Below, piece by piece: positions 1-8,663 of a stretch of 64,000 bases of DNA. The first letter of the stretch is position 1. Each line of letters starts with the position of its first letter. The notes under the pieces are model-generated. The model worked only from the letters and a program-made list of their open reading frames with translations. It had not been told where the DNA came from and made no database searches. Source of the stretch: a virus (taxonomy: Duplodnaviria > Caudoviricetes); IMG/VR virus record IMGVR_UViG_3300011443_000015, positions 2,274 through 66,273 of that record, one strand, 5' to 3'. A program made the position numbers and the translations under genes.

Positions 1-108
1 CCGTGTATCGACCCACCGCCAGCCAAGGCCTGGATGGAGATGCACCGCGAAGCGGCCGGTTTCGCGGTCAATGAAGTGGCCGGGGCTGACTTTCTTGAGG
101 GGGTTCAT
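1..108 (-). CDS. Hypothetical protein, partial (runs off left edge)
   Basis: ATG at 108 overlaps the upstream stop (ATGA); frame open to the window edge. Confidence 0.4.
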   Translation of the reverse strand, partial: MNPLKKVSPGHFIDRETGRFAVHLHPGLGWRWVDTR

Positions 109-383
109 GGCTCGTGCTCTGACTTGTTGAGTCCACACTTCCAGCACAGATCCGGCGTGGACGTCGGCTGGAATGGCGGCAGAAACTTGTGATGGTCGGT
201 TAGGTGATTGAAAAGATCGTCAAATACCTGCTCGACCACGTTCCAGTCTACGAAGCCGTCTTGATGTGCGTGCCTGCGCGCGATTCTCTTGACGGCGCTC
301 CACAGGGCATGCTGGGCCAACTCCCCGCGCTGTTCTCGCGCGGACTTACGAACAATCCACAGGGCGTCGTCGTTGATGTTCAT
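105..383 (-). CDS. Hypothetical protein with C-terminal CxxC...H motif
   Basis: 92 aa ORF in the tightly packed minus-strand operon; ends CWKCGLNKSEH. Confidence 0.55.
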   Translation of the reverse strand: MNINDDALWIVRKSAREQRGELAQHALWSAVKRIARRHAHQDGFVDWNVVEQVFDDLFNHLTDHHKFLPPFQPTSTPDLCWKCGLNKSEHEP

Positions 384-385
384 GG

Positions 386-613
386 CTACGCCTTTTTCGC
401 GTCCGGGACGGTGGCGACCGGCGCGGGTGCTGGCTTCGCGACTACGACATTCGTCGGGATGGCGTCGAGCACCTCGCGCACGATCGCGCTGAGGATCTGG
501 ATCTCGTTCTTGTCGTGCGTCCCGTCCGGCGCTTCGAGCTGCACCTTCGTCGTGCTCTGGCGCGCGACGAAGTCGAGCATGGCTTTCAATTCGTTGATGC
601 GGATCTGGTTCAT
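386..613 (-). CDS. Hypothetical protein
   Basis: 75 aa, AGGAG Shine-Dalgarno upstream. Confidence 0.55.
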   Translation of the reverse strand: MNQIRINELKAMLDFVARQSTTKVQLEAPDGTHDKNEIQILSAIVREVLDAIPTNVVVAKPAPAPVATVPDAKKA

Positions 614-686
614 GATGGCTCCTGAAAATGCCCGTCTCTCCGAGCTGTCACGCCTTCACGCTGACGTTGGCGTCCCGAGAGTGTGA

Positions 687-1493
687 TTACATGTCGACGT
701 CAGCCGTCCTTGCAGGCGCTCCAACGGGCGCTCCAGCCTGCGCGTCCATCGCCTCCGTATCGAAGTCATCGTCGCCCGGATCGCGATCGATGGCCGTCGC
801 TTTGATGGTCTGCACGGCACTCCAGGCCTCCTCGCCGAGCTGGAAGTCGACCTCGCTGACCCAGCCTGCCTGCTCGACCTTGAAGATCTGATGCGGCTTG
901 GGTGTCAGCTTGACACCCGTCGAGATCTTCAGCCTGACGGCAAAGCAGTCGCGGTTGCCCATCGTCGCGAAGCCCCACAGGTTCTTCGCCGCCGTCAGCC
1001 CCGAGGACTTGAAGCTGAGCGCGATCATCTCTCGACCGGGGAGGATGACGGCCAGGAAGTCGCGGAAGAGCGTCGCGCGCGGCTTGTCGGCCTTCTTGTC
1101 GCCGCTGTTGCCCCACGCAAGACGCGGGTCGCCGATCGGCACGTTAGGATCGACCACGCCGCCGCCCTCATCCACGCTGCGAAACTCCATCGCACGCAGC
1201 GGCATCTTGCGCAGCACCTGCACGACGACCTCACGGCCGTAGACCTGCTGCGTGACCGAGTTGAAGAGGTCGCCGGGCTTCAGGTCCGGGATGCGAGCCG
1301 GGTCGCCGTCGGTGACCTGCGGCGAGAGTGCCTGCGCGAGCGCGAGGCGCGGGATGGTGATGTCGGACTGGACGGTGTCCTCGAAGCCGCGACGGCTCTT
1401 CGGGATGTAGCTGGGGGCGACCTCCATCGCTTGCGAGGTCGGCACTGCCGTGGGCACTGCCACTGCTGTGGATTCGGTCTTCTTGTCAGTCAT
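687..1493 (-). CDS. Putative single-stranded DNA-binding protein
   Basis: IPRLALAQALSPQV...PGDLFNSVT pattern I recognise from phage SSB-like proteins; acidic C-terminal tail (DDDFD...DVDM); replication-module context. Confidence 0.55.
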   Translation of the reverse strand: MTDKKTESTAVAVPTAVPTSQAMEVAPSYIPKSRRGFEDTVQSDITIPRLALAQALSPQVTDGDPARIPDLKPGDLFNSVTQQVYGREVVVQVLRKMPLRAMEFRSVDEGGGVVDPNVPIGDPRLAWGNSGDKKADKPRATLFRDFLAVILPGREMIALSFKSSGLTAAKNLWGFATMGNRDCFAVRLKISTGVKLTPKPHQIFKVEQAGWVSEVDFQLGEEAWSAVQTIKATAIDRDPGDDDFDTEAMDAQAGAPVGAPARTADVDM

Positions 1494-1553
1494 GGATTCA
1501 CGCTTTCTGATTTATTGTGTGGTGTTAATGTTGACACTCGGGTGCTTGCCGGG

Positions 1554-1691
1554 TCACGCTCCTTTCCTCGCCCACCGACCCCACGGTCCAAAGGCGTGCT
1601 TGCCCCGATGCCCCTTCTTCCGCGTGCATCGACGGTATTTGCACGTGTAATGCACCGTGGCGTCGATCTCTCGTGTCTCGCAGCGTTTCAT
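1554..1691 (-). CDS. Small basic Cys/His protein (45 aa)
   Basis: MKRC...C...CTRKKGHRGKH; TAATG coupling to the upstream gene. Confidence 0.5.
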   Translation of the reverse strand: MKRCETREIDATVHYTCKYRRCTRKKGHRGKHAFGPWGRWARKGA

Positions 1692-2221
1692 TACTCCGCT
1701 CCGTTCTTGACGAACACAACCTTGGTGTAGACATACGCCTCGGTCCCCTCCGGACACGCCTCGCCGGACAAGAGACGCTCCTTGACGATGCTGTTCATCG
1801 TGCCAGGATGCAGGGCCATCTGCCGCTCATAGCCGTTAGCGACGCCCCACTGACGCCACGCCTCGCGATCGACGACCTTCCCAGCCGGCTCGCGCTGAAT
1901 GCGGACCGTCTCGCCCGAGGCGAGCTTGATGGCGTTGTCCTTCGTGCCGTACAGACCCCACCCCGGCTCCTCGGCCTCTTGCGAGACGTCAAGCAGTTGC
2001 TCGTGCGCCGTGATGAGCAGTTGCACGGCGGATAGCTCGTCGTTGATGGCGTCCTTCAGCTTACGCAGCCGGACGTACTCGGTCGCCATCGCGACGGCGT
2101 CCTTGTTGGGGATCTCGGCCTTCGCCGCCTCGACGCGCTCCTGGTAGCTCGGGTCGCTGGCGGGCATCTTCGGCAGCGAGGGGATGATGGCGTCGTACTT
2201 GCCGGGTTTTGCGATCGCCAT
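1691..2221 (-). CDS. Phage replication-region protein (coiled coil plus LHPGTMNSIVKERL motif)
   Basis: Start reassigned to MAIAK (2221), coupled to an upstream stop; similar proteins are often next to SSB genes (recollection, not searched). Confidence 0.55.
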   Translation of the reverse strand: MAIAKPGKYDAIIPSLPKMPASDPSYQERVEAAKAEIPNKDAVAMATEYVRLRKLKDAINDELSAVQLLITAHEQLLDVSQEAEEPGWGLYGTKDNAIKLASGETVRIQREPAGKVVDREAWRQWGVANGYERQMALHPGTMNSIVKERLLSGEACPEGTEAYVYTKVVFVKNGAE

Positions 2222-2397
2222 TACTTGATCACCTCTGGCAGCACCGCGTGCATGTTCGCCGGGCCAATGAATCGGATGTCGATCCCGTACCCCATCGCGT
2301 GGGCGTAGTCGATCAGCTCGCGGTCGGTCTGGGCGAGCATCCAACCGGACTCGATCACCCGACCGTGCTTCGTCAACGTCGTCATATACCAGTTCAT
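2221..2397 (-). CDS. Hypothetical protein (58 aa)
   Basis: MNWYMTTLTK...EVIK*; coupled at both ends (ATGA and TAATG). Confidence 0.55.
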   Translation of the reverse strand: MNWYMTTLTKHGRVIESGWMLAQTDRELIDYAHAMGYGIDIRFIGPANMHAVLPEVIK

Positions 2398-2549
2398 CGA
2401 TCCTCCTCGTCGTTCAAATCGTACTCATCATATGGATCATCTTGCGCGAGCCAGGCCGGCGCCTTGTGGCCCGCGCAATAAGACAGCGCGCCTACCACCA
2501 CGACGGCACAGATGAGATACGCTAGGCCGAGCGCTTCGAGCAGGGTCAT
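2394..2549 (-). CDS. Small membrane protein
   Basis: One hydrophobic helix (LAYLICAVVVVGALSY) plus acidic tail; overlapping start and stop codons. Confidence 0.5.
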   Translation of the reverse strand: MTLLEALGLAYLICAVVVVGALSYCAGHKAPAWLAQDDPYDEYDLNDEEDR

Positions 2550-2752
2550 CAGTTCAACCCCGCAAACTTCTTCACCGTCAGGCACACCTCGCACACTTCG
2601 ATCTCCGCGTCGTGATCCGCGTCAGCGACGGCGCGTGTGGTGAACCGGGTCGTTTGTTCACACGCGAGACACGCGCCCATGTAGGTCGAGAGCACGCGGC
2701 CTTCGAGTGCGCCGATCTTTGTGCCGACGGAGTAGCGCTCTCGGAGGATCAT
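2549..2752 (-). CDS. Small Zn-finger-like protein
   Basis: Two CxxC pairs (CLAC, CEVC). Confidence 0.5.
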   Translation of the reverse strand: MILRERYSVGTKIGALEGRVLSTYMGACLACEQTTRFTTRAVADADHDAEIEVCEVCLTVKKFAGLN

Positions 2753-3030
2753 CGATAATCCTCTAGCCGCTCTTCGGCTTCCATCGGGTCCTCGGCACCA
2801 TCGAACTTCTTCAGCGCGTCGGCCAACGCCTCATCGAGTTCGGCGCTATAGCCGCCGATGCGTTCTTGCGCGAGGCGCAAGGCGTTGGGGTTTTGCTCGC
2901 TCCAGCAATCAGCATCCGCCAGCACGTCGCGTACCTGACTCGATACGGCGTCGCCGAGGCCTGCCCAGCTGTCTGCGAAGTTGATCAGTTCGGAGAGGTC
3001 TACGTCTTGGAAGGAAGCGGTCTTGGCCAT
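2749..3030 (-). CDS. Acidic hypothetical protein
   Basis: Start MAKTAS with AGGAG SD, downstream of a promoter. Confidence 0.55.
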   Translation of the reverse strand: MAKTASFQDVDLSELINFADSWAGLGDAVSSQVRDVLADADCWSEQNPNALRLAQERIGGYSAELDEALADALKKFDGAEDPMEAEERLEDYR

Positions 3031-3086
3031 GTTCTTCAGGCTCCTGGTTGCGGGCGGCGCGTGCTTGCGTCGAACCGAACAACACC

Positions 3087-3115
3087 ATAGTAGCATCAGC
3101 TAAAAAGAAAGTAAA
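3087..3115 (-). promoter_or_regulatory. Sigma70-type promoter
   Basis: TTTACT-N17-TACTAT with extended -10 TG in an AT-rich intergenic gap. Confidence 0.65.
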
Positions 3116-3152
3116 GCTTTATTTTTAACTATTTTAAACCTTTTGTTTGCTA

Positions 3153-3290
3153 TCACTTACGGGCTTCTTTTACTATGGGCTTCCTTACGCAATGGCACAA
3201 GCACCCCCACCGCCCACAATACCCCTCGGCATCCTTCACGTTCGTGTGGCCGCAGCGCGGGCAGGCGGTTGCGTTCTTCAGGCGCGGCAT
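3153..3290 (-). CDS. Cys-rich small protein (45 aa)
   Basis: MPRLKNATACPRCGH...CGRWGCLCHC; GGAGGAG SD supplied by the duplicated helicase end. Confidence 0.5.
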   Translation of the reverse strand: MPRLKNATACPRCGHTNVKDAEGYCGRWGCLCHCVRKPIVKEARK

Positions 3291-3522
3291 CACTCCTCCG
3301 TCAACGCCTTGACCGGCGGCGGCATTTAGGCACGAAGTCCGATGACGTAATTGTCAAACGTGTCTTTCAAGTGCTGACGTGCATCGCGCTCGGAGTTGAT
3401 TTCATTTGCGCTGGAGTTAAATGCCCGCGCGTCTGCCTCTGCCAACTTCCATAGGCGATACGCCTCTAACAATGCGTCGAAGTCTCCGACTGTCATTTCA
3501 CTCCTCCGTCAACGCCTTGACC
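3290..3522. repeat. 25-bp direct repeat (3290-3314 and 3498-3522)
   Basis: TCACTCCTCCGTCAACGCCTTGACC present twice; equals the last codons of the helicase (VKALTEE*). Confidence 0.9.
3326..3496 (-). CDS. Hypothetical protein (56 aa) between the direct repeats
   Basis: MTVGDFDALL...GLRA*, more AT-rich codons than its neighbours. Confidence 0.55.
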   Translation of the reverse strand: MTVGDFDALLEAYRLWKLAEADARAFNSSANEINSERDARQHLKDTFDNYVIGLRA

Positions 3523-5192
3523 CACGCCGCCGCCGTCCTGCGGGCAACGTCCTCGCCCGAGCGTCGCGCGACCAAAATATCGTGGTCAATTGTTTTCTGC
3601 CCCTTCGGACCCACAGCGACGACCTCGAAGTACGCGATGGGATGTTTTTGACCCGGGCCATACACACGGTCGAGCGTCTGCGCCGACCGCCCCGGCGAGT
3701 AGCCGCTCGACATCGTGACGCAGGTATGTGCAGCCGTCATGTCGAGCCCGAAGCTGCCAGTCCCCTCGATGCCGCCGACGAACACCGGCCCCTCGGGCGA
3801 CGTCTCGGGCTTCAGCAACGCGAGCGCCGCCAGCCGCTCCTCTTTCTTCTGACCGCCGTGGATGGCGCCCGTCTGGAACTGCGGGAACTTCTGCCGGACG
3901 ACGGTGACCATCCTAAACAGCTCCGCTCGGAAGCGCGTCCAGGCGACGAGGTGCAGGTTCGGGTCGGCCTCGAGGCGCTGCTCGATGAACCAGAGGAGGA
4001 CCTCTAGTTTCTCTCGGCCGACTTCGATCTGGTGGACAACTCCTCGTGAATAGCCACCAGCGTCGCGTGAATCGTCTGGAGCAGCATCTGCATCTGCCCC
4101 ATCCGCATGTCCAAGACCTGGAAACCCTTCTTCACCAGCGTAAAGTCTTCCTCTGTCATTGTTAGCCTCCTCGATGCCAGCGTCTTCTACTCCAGCCAAG
4201 AACCCACCCGTCACCTGCGACAGCCGCAGCGTCTTGATCGCCGCCGTCGCGGCCGTCGCCACCCGCCCGCTCGTGCCCTCTCCGCCCTCGAGCCACACGA
4301 CGAGGTCGTCGCGCATCTGCTTGTACGCCTTCCACGTTGCCGGCGTTAGGGTCGCTGTCAGCGTCACGGGGTCGAGCTTCGGTGGCAGATCGAGGCAGTC
4401 CTTCTGCAGACGCCTGACAGTGACGGGCGCGAACCGACGCTCGAGATCGTCGAGGTTCGTCCAGCCGGTGACCTCCTTGACGACCTTGCCATAACGCACC
4501 ATCGGCTTCCCGCGCTCGAGGATCGGCGACTGGATGGCGTAGCGTGCTTTGAAGAGCGAGACGAACTTGCAGTCGAGCACCGAGGGTGAGAGCAGGTTGC
4601 CCTGGCTGAAGAGATCGAGCGGGCTGTGAAAGATCGGCGTGCCGTTGAGCAGCACGACACGCCCGCACGCCTTGCGGAGCGTCATGCAGGCCTTCGTCTG
4701 CTGCGCCGAGGCGTTCTTGACGAAGCTCGACTCGTCGAGCACCAGCAGCGTCCTCGGGCCGCAGAAGGGGAGCAGCGTCGTGAGGCGCTCGTCGTTGCGC
4801 AGGAACTCGAAGTTTGTCACGATCCAGCGCAGTTGGTTGATGGCGTCCTTGCCGACGGCCGCCTCGTTCTCCCACCACTTCAGGCGGGCGTGATACTCGG
4901 CGACGCGGTTCGGGACGCGCGTCCAGGCGTGCTTAGCAATCTCGCCGAGCTGCGGGTCGTACCAGACGTCGCGGACGGGCGCGGGGGCGACGACGATGAC
5001 GCGCTCGACGTCGCCGCGCTCGAAGAGGAACTGCGCGGCGTCGCAGACGATCTTTGATTTGCCGGTCCTCATCTCGCTCGCGATCAAAGCGAACGGATGC
5101 GCCATCAGCCACGCGACGTCCTCGCGTTGGTGTTGGAAGGGTGGGAGGCGGCACGAGGAGAAGTCGAGGGACTCGTTCACAGTCGTATCCAC
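3498..5192 (-). CDS. SNF2/SF2-family DNA helicase
   Basis: Motif I (MRTGKS), II (LVLDES), III (LNGTP), C-terminal helicase domain; motif VI atypical (QTLDRVYG, last Arg absent); start may be GTG 5180. Confidence 0.9.
   Translation of the reverse strand: MDTTVNESLDFSSCRLPPFQHQREDVAWLMAHPFALIASEMRTGKSKIVCDAAQFLFERGDVERVIVVAPAPVRDVWYDPQLGEIAKHAWTRVPNRVAEYHARLKWWENEAAVGKDAINQLRWIVTNFEFLRNDERLTTLLPFCGPRTLLVLDESSFVKNASAQQTKACMTLRKACGRVVLLNGTPIFHSPLDLFSQGNLLSPSVLDCKFVSLFKARYAIQSPILERGKPMVRYGKVVKEVTGWTNLDDLERRFAPVTVRRLQKDCLDLPPKLDPVTLTATLTPATWKAYKQMRDDLVVWLEGGEGTSGRVATAATAAIKTLRLSQVTGGFLAGVEDAGIEEANNDRGRLYAGEEGFPGLGHADGADADAAPDDSRDAGGYSRGVVHQIEVGREKLEVLLWFIEQRLEADPNLHLVAWTRFRAELFRMVTVVRQKFPQFQTGAIHGGQKKEERLAALALLKPETSPEGPVFVGGIEGTGSFGLDMTAAHTCVTMSSGYSPGRSAQTLDRVYGPGQKHPIAYFEVVAVGPKGQKTIDHDILVARRSGEDVARRTAAAWVKALTEE
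4004..4159 (-). CDS. Nested out-of-frame gene inside the helicase (51 aa)
   Basis: GGAGG-N6-ATG; MTEEDFTLVKKGFQVLDMRMGQMQMLLQTIHATLVAIHEELSTRSKSAERN*; coincides with an insertion in the helicase linker. Confidence 0.55.
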   Translation of the reverse strand: MTEEDFTLVKKGFQVLDMRMGQMQMLLQTIHATLVAIHEELSTRSKSAERN

Positions 5193-5446
5193 GGTTTTAC
5201 TGCCATGACCTGCACTTCGGTACGAGCGTCAGGATACCCAGGAACTTGCACGAGGTATCCAAAGTTGATCCTGGCGATCTCTGTTGCCTCGGAGGCACTG
5301 ACAGCGAGCACCGTCTTGCGGTGCACGTTCGGTTTTGAATATGGTCCGCGTGGGCCGTTGATAATCGTGACGTCGTAACACCATCTGCCGGTGAGATAGT
5401 AGAGCACACGCCATAAACGCAGATCTCCGACCTGCGAGATCCTCAC
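5177..5446 (-). CDS. Hypothetical protein
   Basis: GTGA overlaps at both ends; protein-like C-terminal part of the longer 5177..6037 frame. Confidence 0.45.
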   Translation of the reverse strand: MRISQVGDLRLWRVLYYLTGRWCYDVTIINGPRGPYSKPNVHRKTVLAVSASEATEIARINFGYLVQVPGYPDARTEVQVMAVKPWIRL

Positions 5447-5877
5447 TGCAGCGTCACCGCCATCTGCGTATAGGTCACGCCATACCCGTCGAGCCACTCG
5501 ACGACGAGCTGAAACGTCCCGGTCGGCAGCGACGCCGGGTTCGACGGCACGAGCGCGTAACCCGTGAAGCTCGACATGTCGAAGCAGAGCTGCGAATACG
5601 CCGCCTTCACGTCCGGACGGTAGAGCGTCCGGTGGACGGTGACGGGCACGACGGTGAACCCCGACCCGGTGAAGAGCCGCACGGTGACCTGCGGGGGCTG
5701 CTGGCCGCCCTTCGCGCAGTTGAATGCCCAGCCGTGGATCGCGAACGCGTCTTTGTTGATCACCTGGTCCGCGCTGGGCAGATCGATGTGGCTGAAGAGG
5801 ACGTCGCCGCCGTTGCCTTGTGCGATTGCGGTCCATCCCGACGCGACGATCATCGCTCCGATTAATGCCTGTCTCAT
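5443..5877 (-). CDS. Exported Ig-like/surface-type domain protein
   Basis: Signal-peptide-like N-terminus; GWAF...RPDV..AY...GY pattern; two Cys. Confidence 0.55.
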   Translation of the reverse strand: MRQALIGAMIVASGWTAIAQGNGGDVLFSHIDLPSADQVINKDAFAIHGWAFNCAKGGQQPPQVTVRLFTGSGFTVVPVTVHRTLYRPDVKAAYSQLCFDMSSFTGYALVPSNPASLPTGTFQLVVEWLDGYGVTYTQMAVTLQ

Positions 5878-5966
5878 GGTCGATATCCTTTACTTTTTTG
5901 GAAACATCACAAGAATGAACGCCAACAGCAGGGCGAAGAGGATCGTCCAGAACGCGTGTTCGTAGG

Positions 5967-6818
5967 TCATGAGATCCTCTTGTCTGCTGCCTTAATCTCT
6001 TCTGGTGTCGCTGTCGGATAGATCCCCAGCTTCGCATTCTGCGCCAGTTTCCGCACGTCCTCCGGAAACGACGCCGAGAGAATCCAGTCGTAGTAACTCT
6101 TCGGCACCCGGTCCATCGGCACGTCGCGATGCTTTTTCAACATGCAGGTCGGCACGCCGTTCACCATCTTGAACGACCCGTCGGACGCCAACCACCCCGG
6201 CCACTGCAACTCGTGGAGCGCCTGGAGATCACGTGGGAGCACCTCGAAGCGCTGGAGCTGCCCGACGATCACCTCGGTCGACGCCCGCGCGTCGGTCAGG
6301 GCGCCGTGGGCCCCCTCAAGTTTTTCACCTTTGTATTTCTCGTAGAGATCCGACAACGTCCTCGGATGCGTGATCTGCTCCAGCCGTTCGCCGTCGAGAA
6401 TCTTCGCCTGACCATACTCCCACGGCACGCGCGCGAGGCCGAACTCGTAGGTCAACCGCACGAGGTCGAACCGGACATTCTTGCCGCCGAAGTCGCAGTG
6501 CGAGAAGCCGTGCGCCAGGTTGGTGGCGATCTGGTCGAAGCGCGGCGTGATGTGGAAGCGCTCGCACTGGCACTCGAGGCGCGGGCGCAGGCACGTCTGG
6601 CACGCCTCGATCATCTCGTCGGTGATGTTGTGGACCGCCGTCGACGCCGCAGGAATCGGGACGCCCGGATTGATCAGCGACCGATACTCCTTGATCAAGC
6701 CGGTCGCGTCCCAGACCTGGAAGCCGAGCTCGATGATGCGGGCCTCGGGGTGAACGCCCGTGGTTTCGGTATCGACGATGATCAAGGGGCGCGTGAGTGA
6801 GAGCAGTGTGTGGATCAT
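5967..6818 (-). CDS. DEDDh 3'-5' exonuclease (DnaQ/epsilon-like)
   Basis: IIVDTETTG, NVRFD, AHGALTDA motifs. Confidence 0.9.
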   Translation of the reverse strand: MIHTLLSLTRPLIIVDTETTGVHPEARIIELGFQVWDATGLIKEYRSLINPGVPIPAASTAVHNITDEMIEACQTCLRPRLECQCERFHITPRFDQIATNLAHGFSHCDFGGKNVRFDLVRLTYEFGLARVPWEYGQAKILDGERLEQITHPRTLSDLYEKYKGEKLEGAHGALTDARASTEVIVGQLQRFEVLPRDLQALHELQWPGWLASDGSFKMVNGVPTCMLKKHRDVPMDRVPKSYYDWILSASFPEDVRKLAQNAKLGIYPTATPEEIKAADKRIS

Positions 6819-7027
6819 GGCTTCTTTGCGTAGACAGTTCCGTCATACGAGTAGCATCTCGCACAGATCAGCGCCAGCGTCTGGAAGCACTTCGGGCAGA
6901 CTACCGGCGTCGCATGCTTGCGCCGCAGGTCTTCGATCTCGGCCGCCGCCCGCACGAACAGATCGCGGAAGATCAGCATCACGTGCTCGTCCTCGCCTTT
7001 GCGGCGGAGTTCGTCGATGATGTCCAT
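6815..7027 (-). CDS. Hypothetical protein with CxxC/CxxC
   Basis: CPKC...CARC; coupled start and stop. Confidence 0.5.
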   Translation of the reverse strand: MDIIDELRRKGEDEHVMLIFRDLFVRAAAEIEDLRRKHATPVVCPKCFQTLALICARCYSYDGTVYAKKP

Positions 7028-7254
7028 CAGATTCTCTCTACTGGGATGTTGTGGTAGTCAAGGATGTCTTGGCGACCCGCTTTGACGAGCACAGAGGCTC
7101 CCTCGGAAAGTGTCACCCGGCGTGAGCCCATCGTCATGAACTTAAGACCTGGAGTAAATTCACCGGGCTCCCACTCGTAATACTGTTGCCAAATTTTGAG
7201 TTCAGCACCCGACGGGAGGGCGACGATTTGGAGGAGGTGGTCCATAGCCATCAC
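7027..7254 (-). CDS. Hypothetical protein
   Basis: GAGGAG-TGATG coupling. Confidence 0.5.
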   Translation of the reverse strand: MMAMDHLLQIVALPSGAELKIWQQYYEWEPGEFTPGLKFMTMGSRRVTLSEGASVLVKAGRQDILDYHNIPVERI

Positions 7255-7499
7255 TCCTCGATGACTGTCGCACCAAGCGACACCAACGCCAGCATGATGA
7301 CGACCTGATTCGACAGCACGCGTGACAGCTCCGGCCTGTTCGCCTCGAACGCACGATGCCCGAAGTCTCGCGCGTTTAATTTCAACTGGAGCTCGAAAAA
7401 CTTCTCCGTGTGGTCTATCGCTTCGATGAGCCTGTCGTGCTTTTTAGTCTTCACGTGACGCCTTCGCTTTCGGATTGTCGTCGTAAGTCTTGCCGCCAT
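7251..7499 (-). CDS. Hypothetical protein
   Basis: Basic N-terminus, hydrophobic C-terminus; start uncertain. Confidence 0.45.
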   Translation of the reverse strand: MAARLTTTIRKRRRHVKTKKHDRLIEAIDHTEKFFELQLKLNARDFGHRAFEANRPELSRVLSNQVVIMLALVSLGATVIEE

Positions 7500-7580
7500 G
7501 ATGATCGATCCATTCGTCCGAGACGCGGTCATAGGCCTTCGCCGTCAGCCAGCGCCAGAAGCGGACGAGGGAACGGATGA

Positions 7581-8012
7581 TCATAGCGTTTGCGTGATCC
7601 TTCTCGTCCGCACAGGTACGTCGATCAATTTGAGAAACGCTTCGACGGTGTCGACGACGCGAATGCTTGGGTGGTCGATGTGATGGAAAATGTTCGACCG
7701 CCTGCCGACGATTACGATCTGCTTCGGAGAACTCCATGCCACGAGCCTCCGGTTCATAATGTGATAGAGCATGTAACCCAGCTCGACATGCCGCCCACCC
7801 GTGCCGGCGTTCTCAAATTCCGGCGGGTTATACGCAAGCAGCACGTCCGCCGCGTCGACGTCAGCGAGGTCGTCCCGCGCGCTGGCGTCGCTCTCGGACT
7901 CGTCTTCTCTCAGCCACCGGCTCGTCACCTCGTGGCCGACCGACTCGAGCTCCTCCATGATGCGGATCGCCTGGTCGCGGCAGGGATACGGAGCGGCGAT
8001 GTATATCTTCAT
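7581..8012 (-). CDS. Nucleoside 2-deoxyribosyltransferase-like / nucleotide N-glycosidase
   Basis: KIYIAAPY, DLADVDAADVLL, GRHVELGY motifs. Confidence 0.75.
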   Translation of the reverse strand: MKIYIAAPYPCRDQAIRIMEELESVGHEVTSRWLREDESESDASARDDLADVDAADVLLAYNPPEFENAGTGGRHVELGYMLYHIMNRRLVAWSSPKQIVIVGRRSNIFHHIDHPSIRVVDTVEAFLKLIDVPVRTRRITQTL

Positions 8013-8192
8013 GATGCTTACCTAGTAAGGTAGAACACGAGCCACGAGAGCAAGAGAACGAAAAACACCACGTAGGCGATGCGGTCTTTGGTTTCGGAGG
8101 TCACTATCGCCTCCGTACGGGTCGCCCCAGCAACGCAATCGCATAGGGCTCGATCAGCTCGAGCGGGAAGAGCCAGGAGAGCAGAGCGGTGA

Positions 8193-8375
8193 TCATACGT
8201 GATTCTCCTGCTGTCGCTTCAACCGCCGCAGCTCCTCGAAGATCTGCTCGTCGCGCGTGAAGATGTCGAGATCGAGGATGTCACGAACCTGACCCCGAAA
8301 CGTCTGCTCGAGGTTCATGTCCGGGGTGTAGCGCTTGTTGAGGTCGTTTCTTGGTTGGTCGTTTTTTACCATCAT
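8193..8375 (-). CDS. Hypothetical protein
   Basis: 60 aa, GGAGAAG SD, overlaps neighbours. Confidence 0.45.
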   Translation of the reverse strand: MMVKNDQPRNDLNKRYTPDMNLEQTFRGQVRDILDLDIFTRDEQIFEELRRLKRQQENHV

Positions 8376-8662
8376 GCTTCTCCCTTTGACAACATATCCT
8401 TGATCAAATCCGCCGTCAGCACCGACATCGAGACCCCCCGCCTCGCCGCTTCATCGCGCACGCCGTTCTTCTCCTGCTCGGTCAGGTTCACGCCGAGGAA
8501 GACATCGCGATCCGTCAGCTTACGATCGCGCTGCCAGACACCCGCCTTGCGCAGGATCTGACGCACACGCTCGTGGCTCAGCTTAAAGTGCTCCCCGCAT
8601 TCCTGCAAGGTCAGGCCGTTCACGTACAGACGGATAATCTCCTGGTTCCTCTCGACACTCAT
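8372..8662 (-). CDS. Transcription regulator: sigma70 region-4-like HTH plus ribbon-helix-helix
   Basis: GLTLQECGEHFKLSHERVRQI (HTH); LGVNLTEQEKNGVRDEAARRGVSMSVL (RHH-like). Confidence 0.7.
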   Translation of the reverse strand: MSVERNQEIIRLYVNGLTLQECGEHFKLSHERVRQILRKAGVWQRDRKLTDRDVFLGVNLTEQEKNGVRDEAARRGVSMSVLTADLIKDMLSKGEA

Positions 8663-8663
8663 T

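Noticed and set aside
1531-1559. Perfect TTGACA on the plus strand
   Set aside because: No -10 at a 16-18 bp spacing, and antisense to the operon
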